A DNA stretch of 64,000 nucleotides from Acidobacteriota bacterium (GTDB lineage: Bacteria; Acidobacteriota; CAIWXX01), in contig JBFMAF010000023.1 of NCBI GenBank assembly GCA_040755995.1, positions 160,001 to 224,000 on the forward strand, in the 5' to 3' direction. Both the position numbers and the translations under genes were made by a program. Below the pieces are notes generated by a model. That model searched no databases. It saw only the letters and a list, made by a program, of their open reading frames with translations, and had not been told where the DNA came from. This document shows, in pieces, positions 58,844-64,000 of this stretch. Each line of letters begins with the position of its first letter. Position 1 is the first letter of the stretch.

Positions 58844-59215
58844 ATGATGCAGAGAATCGAAAGCTGGCTGATCCACCTCATCGCGCTGCACAGCATAGTG
58901 GTGGGCGTGTTTTTGCTGATACTGCCGCCGTGGGCGGTGCGTTTCGGAGGATTCGGAGAGGTCTCTCCACCCTTCTTCGCGCACCAGGCCGGCGCTTTCC
59001 ACCTGGTGGTGGCGGCGGCATATCTGATCGAGTACCTGCGCTACCGGGGTGTGATCATCCTCGTGTTCGCAAAGGCCCTGGCAACCGTCTTTCTCTTCGC
59101 CTGCACCTTACTGGACGGCGCTCCGTGGATCGTTCCATTCTCCGGTGTGGCGGACTTCATGATGGGCGCGGTGGTGCTGGTCGTCCATCTGAAGGTTGCC
59201 CGGGAGAGGCAGTAA
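58844..59215 (+). CDS. Hypothetical 4-TM membrane protein
   Basis: Four hydrophobic helices; starts 2 nt after the hybD stop. Confidence 0.7.
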   Translation: MMQRIESWLIHLIALHSIVVGVFLLILPPWAVRFGGFGEVSPPFFAHQAGAFHLVVAAAYLIEYLRYRGVIILVFAKALATVFLFACTLLDGAPWIVPFSGVADFMMGAVVLVVHLKVARERQ

Positions 59216-59441
59216 GCGAGAGGCCGCAGCGCCCGCTCGTCGCACAGCGCGAAGGCGTGCCGAAGAACCGCGGGCCGCGGCTCAACGGGCTCATGCGAGC
59301 GTGTACGTTTTCTGTGCTCTTTGAGCGGCCAACATGCGTGTGCTGTGACCTTGACCGGCCGTGCAGTCGGCCTTATATTTGGTGATAAGGCTGCGTTGAG
59401 GAGACGGCGCTCGGCCAAGATGCATAGCATAGAGACATACC

Positions 59442-60353
59442 ATGGATACGTTGCGTGACAGGTACTTGAACCCGTTCACGGACTTCGGGTTCAAGAAGAT
59501 ATTCGGCACGGAGCTGAACAAGGACTTGCTCATCGATTTCCTGAACGAGGTGATACGCGAGCGTGGCCGAATCACGGACGTGAACTACCGTGTCACCGAG
59601 CAACTTGGCATCATGGAGGCGGACAGGCGTGCGATATTCGACATCTACTGCCAGAGCGAAAGCGGGGAGAGGTTCATAGTAGAGTTGCAGAAGGCCAAGC
59701 AGAACTACTTCAGGGACCGGAGCATATACTACGCCACATTTCCAATCCAAGAGCAGGCGCAGAAGGGAGAGTGGGATTACAGGCTCGATCCCGTCTACAT
59801 GGTAGGAGTCCTCGACTTTGTGTTCAACGACGAGCACCGGGACAAGACGGTCGTAACCGAAGTGAGGCTGATGGACACCCGAACAAGAGAAGTCTTCTAT
59901 GACAAGCTGGCGTTCATCTACCTGCAGATGCCCAATTTCACGAAGGTTGAGGAGCAGCTCGAGACGCATTTCGACAAGTGGCTGTATGTTCTCAAGCATC
60001 TGCCGGACCTCCAGGAGCGGCCTGCGAGGCTTCAAGAACGCGTCTTCGCGCGTTTGTTCGAGATTGCGGAGATCGCGAAGTTCACAGCCGAGGAGAGGCA
60101 CGCCTACGAGGACAGCCTGAAGCATTACAGAGACCTGAAGAACACGATCGATACCGCGCGCGAAGAGGGGCGTGCTGAAGGAGAGCAGATCGGATTGGAG
60201 AAAGGCCGGGCCCAAGGCGAGCATGACGGAATCAAGATGGGCAAGATCGAGGTCGCTCGCGCACTGCTGAGCCGGGGCATGAATGAGGCGGAAATCTCAC
60301 GGCTGACTGGGCTGCCCCAGGAGGAGATCGAACGTATCGCGAAGGGCCGGTAA
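59442..60353 (+). CDS. Rpn family PD-(D/E)XK nuclease / putative transposase
   Basis: NPFTDFGFKKIFG, FDIYC....GERFIVELQ, RSIYY, and C-terminal EEG/EKG repeats with LTGL..EEI. Confidence 0.92.
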   Translation: MDTLRDRYLNPFTDFGFKKIFGTELNKDLLIDFLNEVIRERGRITDVNYRVTEQLGIMEADRRAIFDIYCQSESGERFIVELQKAKQNYFRDRSIYYATFPIQEQAQKGEWDYRLDPVYMVGVLDFVFNDEHRDKTVVTEVRLMDTRTREVFYDKLAFIYLQMPNFTKVEEQLETHFDKWLYVLKHLPDLQERPARLQERVFARLFEIAEIAKFTAEERHAYEDSLKHYRDLKNTIDTAREEGRAEGEQIGLEKGRAQGEHDGIKMGKIEVARALLSRGMNEAEISRLTGLPQEEIERIAKGR

Positions 60354-60436
60354 GGCCTGCTCTGCCCATGGCTTTCGAGTGCCACGGCTGCAACTCTCAA
60401 CTCTGGACGTCAAGCGCGGCCAGGACGGCCTCGGGA

Positions 60437-60622
60437 GCTTCATCGCTCCGAGGCCGCGCCTCGCTAGCAGGCTTCGGCAGAAAAAGATGTTGCGATTGAG
60501 TCGATGCTGCAGCGGCGCGTCATTGGCTCTGAAGTCCCACGGTAGTCACTGTCGACTCGCGACGCGAGGCGTGGTGAGAGCGGTCCTGCACGCTTCATCG
60601 GTCTGAGGCCGCGCCTCGCTAG
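60437..60622. repeat. 31-bp direct repeat pair (29/31 identical)
   Basis: GCTTCATCGCTCCGAGGCCGCGCCTCGCTAG at 60437-60467 and GCTTCATCGGTCTGAGGCCGCGCCTCGCTAG at 60592-60622. Confidence 0.75.
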
Positions 60623-61161
60623 TAGTCGCTGTCGAGCTCGATGTTCCAGTACAGGTAGTCCCGCCAGCATTCCGGCGTACTGTGTATGGACAGTTTCACC
60701 GTCACGCGAGGCAGCCAACCCGGCCGCTCCGGCTTCCTCACGAGCTTCATCCCGGACTGAGAAGGCGTACGCCCGCCCTTCTTGCGATTGCATTCGATGC
60801 AGCAGGTCACGATGTTCTCCCACCGCTTCTCGCCGCCCAGAGAAACCGGGATCACGTGGTCGAAGGTAAGATCCTCTGTGGAGTACTTCTGGCCGCAGTA
60901 CTGGCAGCGGTGGTCGTCGCGGGCGTAGATGTTTGCCCGCGAGAACTTGACCCACCTTGCTGGAGGCTTGACCTTGATGAACCGCAGCAGTCGCAGCACC
61001 GCCGGAAGCTTGAAGGTGATCGAGATCGAGCGGATCTCCTGCTCGTACTCCTCGACCACCTCCACCTTGCCCTGGCAGAGCAGACGGATGGCCTTCTGCC
61101 ACGCGATGATCTTCAGCGGCTCATAGGTGGCATTCAGTAGCAGCGCCGGCGCGTAACTCAT
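60619..61161 (-). CDS. HNH endonuclease (McrA-like, zinc-binding)
   Basis: LLLNATYEPL, P.VLRL, RDDHRCQYCG, TFDHVIP.S.GG and WENIVTCCIECNRKKG. Confidence 0.92.
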   Translation of the reverse strand: MSYAPALLLNATYEPLKIIAWQKAIRLLCQGKVEVVEEYEQEIRSISITFKLPAVLRLLRFIKVKPPARWVKFSRANIYARDDHRCQYCGQKYSTEDLTFDHVIPVSLGGEKRWENIVTCCIECNRKKGGRTPSQSGMKLVRKPERPGWLPRVTVKLSIHSTPECWRDYLYWNIELDSDY

Positions 61162-61185
61162 CGGAGATGCCTCACAAGCGGACAC

Positions 61186-61214
61186 ATTTTACTACCCATG
61201 TCAAGTCTATGCAA
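61186..61214 (-). promoter_or_regulatory. Putative sigma70 promoter of the HNH gene
   Basis: Minus strand TTGCAT-17 nt-TAAAAT. Confidence 0.55.
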
Positions 61215-61576
61215 GATTCAGGCCAACAAACCAACGATCTACCGGGCCTGCAGCCGGCGAAGATCCGCTGCTTCGATGCCCGCAGCATTCCTCCTGCCTC
61301 GCGACGGATAGCCGATCTTCGCAAGCCGGCGGCGGCGAATCCTCTGTTCCGAGAGCTCAGTGGCACGGCACCCAATGTCCAGATTTCCCACCTGTGCGTC
61401 CGCAATCGCAGACGCAAGATCGTTGCAATCGGGCCGTCGGACGAACTGAAGCGAACCAGCGAACCGGTGGGACTTGAACCGTGCCTCCGATGGGTCTAAG
61501 ATGGCACCGGCGATCGAGGGAACCTGATAAGCCCGCGCCGAAATCATAGTGCACTGGCGAGGCGTGGTTTGCATAC

Positions 61577-64000
61577 ATGAGTAGGTTTGAGGCGGATGTC
61601 AAAGTCCTGGACGTTTCGTATTTCAATCACACGCAGAAGAGGAACGGTGAAGAGGAAAAATTCCCCGTTCTCGAGATATTCGGGCGCACCAGGGAAGGCC
61701 AGAGCATCACGCTGCTCTACCCGCGCTTCTATCCGTACTTCTACATCCTGAATCCGACTGCGCAGGCGCAGAAGGAGCTCTCCGGCGACGCCCGGGTCAG
61801 GGCGGTCGAGCCGGCTGTGCTCCTGCACGATTCCAAGGAGGCACCGGCTCTCAAGGTGACTCTGTATGTACCGGGCGACACGCCGGAGTACCGGGACCGC
61901 TACGGTGGAATCGCCGCCGACATTCTTTTCCGCTTCCGCTTCATGTTCGACATGGATCTGGGCTACTGCATTCACGCGCGCGGAAGCGAGCTTGCGAACC
62001 GGCAGATGGGAGGCCGCACGTACCTCTCTTCGACTCTCGTGCACCTGGAGGAAGCCGGGGAGATCCCGTACTTCACCTCGCCGCTGAACATCCTCTCGTT
62101 CGACATCGAGAACGTCATCGGAGGCGAGATCCTGTGCATCGGCCTGGTCTCTCAGTTCGGCGAGAAGATGGAGACCCGTGTGCTGGACGGGGGCGAGCGG
62201 AAGGTGTTGGAGGACTTCATACGCATCGTCAAGACCGAGGACTACGACATCCTCTCGGGATACAACATCTGCAACTACGACCTGCCGTATATGGAGATGC
62301 GCGCGCAGAAGCTGGGCATCAACATGGATATCGGGCGAAATCTGCGCTCGATGCTCGTCAGGGAAAAAGGCGGCGGCAGCCGGAACGGCGAGAAGCGTTT
62401 TGTCGACAAGGGGACCAGCAAGACCGTCGAGATAGCCGGGCGGGTAGTGGTGGACAGCTGGTACTTCGCGCGCAAGGAGAAGCGTCCGAAGCGCGAGACG
62501 CTTTCAGCAATGGCGCAGATGATCCTGGGCAAAGACAAGCTCCCGATGGACACGTTGAAGCTGAAGGAGGAATGGGCGAAGGACGCCGAGCGCGTGAAGG
62601 AGTATTGCCTGCAGGACACCGTACTATCGCACGAGATTCTGGAAAAGATCCGGGTGGTGCAGAAATACGAGGCGCTTGCATCGGTTGCGCGGTTGTCTCT
62701 GGCCGATGCCTTTTGCGACCGCAACAGCGTGTATATCGATTCGCTGTTCATTCGGGAGGCCGACCGGGAGCACGTGGCGGTGCCCAACATGCGTCGTTCG
62801 ACCAACGGGGATGAGGAATCGATCGAAGGCGGTTACGTGCACCAACCCTCTCCGGGCCTCTATGACCGCGTGATCGTCTTCGACTTCGCGTCGCTGTATC
62901 CGAGTGTCATCCTGGAGAACAACATCTGCGCGACCACCCTCTCGGAGAATGGCACTATCGTGTCTCCGCTGGGGGTTCGCTTCCTGGCTCCTGACGTGAA
63001 GCAGGGGATGCTGCCGCGTATCATGCGGCGCCTGTTGCAGGCCCGCAGGGAGAGCAAGAAGCTGATGAAGCAGGCGGCCAGTCCGGAGGAGAAGGACTTC
63101 TACAACCGGCTGCAAAACGCCCAGAAGATCCTCGCCAATGCGCACTTCGGCGTCTTCAGCTCCAGGTTCTACCGCTTCACCGACCAGCGAATCGGCGGGT
63201 CGATTACAGCTTTCGCCCGGCAGGGCACCAAGGGTCTCATCGAAACGCTGACGAAGGACGGCCACAAGGTCGTCTACTCGGACACAGATTCGCTCTTCGT
63301 CGTCTCCCCGCACACCGACCTGCAGAAGACGATCGAGTTCGGTGAGACGGTCGTGGAGCGGTTCAGCCATGGAGACATTCGTCTGGAGATGGAGAAGGTG
63401 ATGGATCCGCTCTTCCTGAGCTCGGCGAAAAAAAGGTACTTCGGCAAGATCGTCTGGCCGGGCCCCGGCGAGATCTTCGTGCGCGGTTTCGAGACCAGGC
63501 GCGGTGACAGCTTCGACATGCAGACGAAGAGCCTGGAGATGCTATTCGAGTACATCCTGAACCGCGACCCGGACGGTGCCGTCGAATTCTGCCGGCAAGT
63601 CCTCCGCGATCTCGACCAGGGCAATGTTGCCCTTGAAGACCTGGTCATATCGAAGACCGCGGCCGATCCCAACACGTACAAGGTGATCGAGGAGGAGACC
63701 GAGTCATCCCTGTTCGGCGTGAAGACCGTGACGAAGCGCCGTGTGGCCGACAGCCTGCCCATCGTTCAGGCCGTCGAGAAGGCGCAGAACCTCGGCGAAG
63801 TCATCTCGCCCGGGATGAAGGTCAGCTGGATCGTCGTCGACTCCCGCATGACCCCGCAGCGAGTAGAGCCCTACATCGACGGCAAGAAGTTCAACTACAC
63901 GCCCGATTACGAGTACTACCGAGAGCGCCTTCTCGACAGCTACCTGCGCGTGCTCGACGTCTTCGACGTCCGGAGAGATGACCTGGCCGAATCGCGCCAG
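61577..64000 (+). CDS. polB: Family B DNA polymerase, archaeal-like; 3'-truncated by the window edge (808 codons seen)
   Basis: Hand-translated, no stop to the window end. ExoI FDIE, ExoII YNICNYD, ExoIII YCLQD; motif A DFASLYPS (62882), B KILANAHFG (63125), C YSDTDS (63275), KKRY and RGFETRRGD. Confidence 0.93.
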   Translation, partial: MSRFEADVKVLDVSYFNHTQKRNGEEEKFPVLEIFGRTREGQSITLLYPRFYPYFYILNPTAQAQKELSGDARVRAVEPAVLLHDSKEAPALKVTLYVPGDTPEYRDRYGGIAADILFRFRFMFDMDLGYCIHARGSELANRQMGGRTYLSSTLVHLEEAGEIPYFTSPLNILSFDIENVIGGEILCIGLVSQFGEKMETRVLDGGERKVLEDFIRIVKTEDYDILSGYNICNYDLPYMEMRAQKLGINMDIGRNLRSMLVREKGGGSRNGEKRFVDKGTSKTVEIAGRVVVDSWYFARKEKRPKRETLSAMAQMILGKDKLPMDTLKLKEEWAKDAERVKEYCLQDTVLSHEILEKIRVVQKYEALASVARLSLADAFCDRNSVYIDSLFIREADREHVAVPNMRRSTNGDEESIEGGYVHQPSPGLYDRVIVFDFASLYPSVILENNICATTLSENGTIVSPLGVRFLAPDVKQGMLPRIMRRLLQARRESKKLMKQAASPEEKDFYNRLQNAQKILANAHFGVFSSRFYRFTDQRIGGSITAFARQGTKGLIETLTKDGHKVVYSDTDSLFVVSPHTDLQKTIEFGETVVERFSHGDIRLEMEKVMDPLFLSSAKKRYFGKIVWPGPGEIFVRGFETRRGDSFDMQTKSLEMLFEYILNRDPDGAVEFCRQVLRDLDQGNVALEDLVISKTAADPNTYKVIEEETESSLFGVKTVTKRRVADSLPIVQAVEKAQNLGEVISPGMKVSWIVVDSRMTPQRVEPYIDGKKFNYTPDYEYYRERLLDSYLRVLDVFDVRRDDLAESRQ

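Noticed and set aside
60120..60353. Internally translated small Rpn antitoxin
   Set aside because: Known for some Rpn proteins, but no clear RBS plus start codon is visible before the C-terminal repeats here.
60437..60622. Possible mini-CRISPR array
   Set aside because: Only two repeats, a 124-nt spacer, and no cas genes.
60619..61161. HNH gene as an IscB/Cas9-like RNA-guided nuclease
   Set aside because: Only about 180 aa, with no RuvC segments, PLMP motif or bridge helix; it matches stand-alone HNH proteins.
61455..61515. Minus-strand GGTTCAAGTCCCACC resembling a tRNA T-arm, and a loose likeness to a c-di-GMP-I riboswitch
   Set aside because: The T-stem does not pair, there is no D-arm or anticodon arm and no CCA end, and the riboswitch GNRA tetraloop/receptor pattern is absent.

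Overview
High-GC bacterial chromosomal window. The gene content (CarD, SelB, CxxxY-type CcmE, PEGA Ser/Thr kinase, PAS hybrid kinases, Hyb-type hydrogenase) suggests a facultative or anaerobic Acidobacteriota-like organism; this is inference, not a taxonomic search. In order: (1) 1-6600, a decaying accessory zone with lower-GC sugar-nucleotide genes, a tyrosine-recombinase (RIT-like) remnant, a small gene pair whose first gene is broken by a 17-bp duplication, and a PIN protein; (2) mscL, a Ser/Thr kinase, two hybrid histidine kinases, an M28 peptidase, a phosphohexomutase, ftsB-like, suhB, carD and a CNNM/CBS protein; (3) a System I*-type cytochrome c maturation operon, tatA, selB, and a Crp/Fnr regulator with a visible binding site; (4) a TA pair, two surface-glycan clusters (one with a coiled-coil methyltransferase, one with a B12 radical SAM enzyme), pgi and rnr; (5) a hybOABCD-type [NiFe]-hydrogenase operon; (6) an Rpn-family nuclease, an HNH nuclease, and a family B DNA polymerase that runs off the right edge and is missing from the supplied ORF track. 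The polymerase looks archaeal rather than like bacterial Pol II and is the most striking element. Intergenic DNA carries several dispersed families of 6-, 7- and 8-nt tandem repeats and palindromes. No rRNA, tRNA or CRISPR array was found. All functional calls come from motif recognition only; no database search was run.
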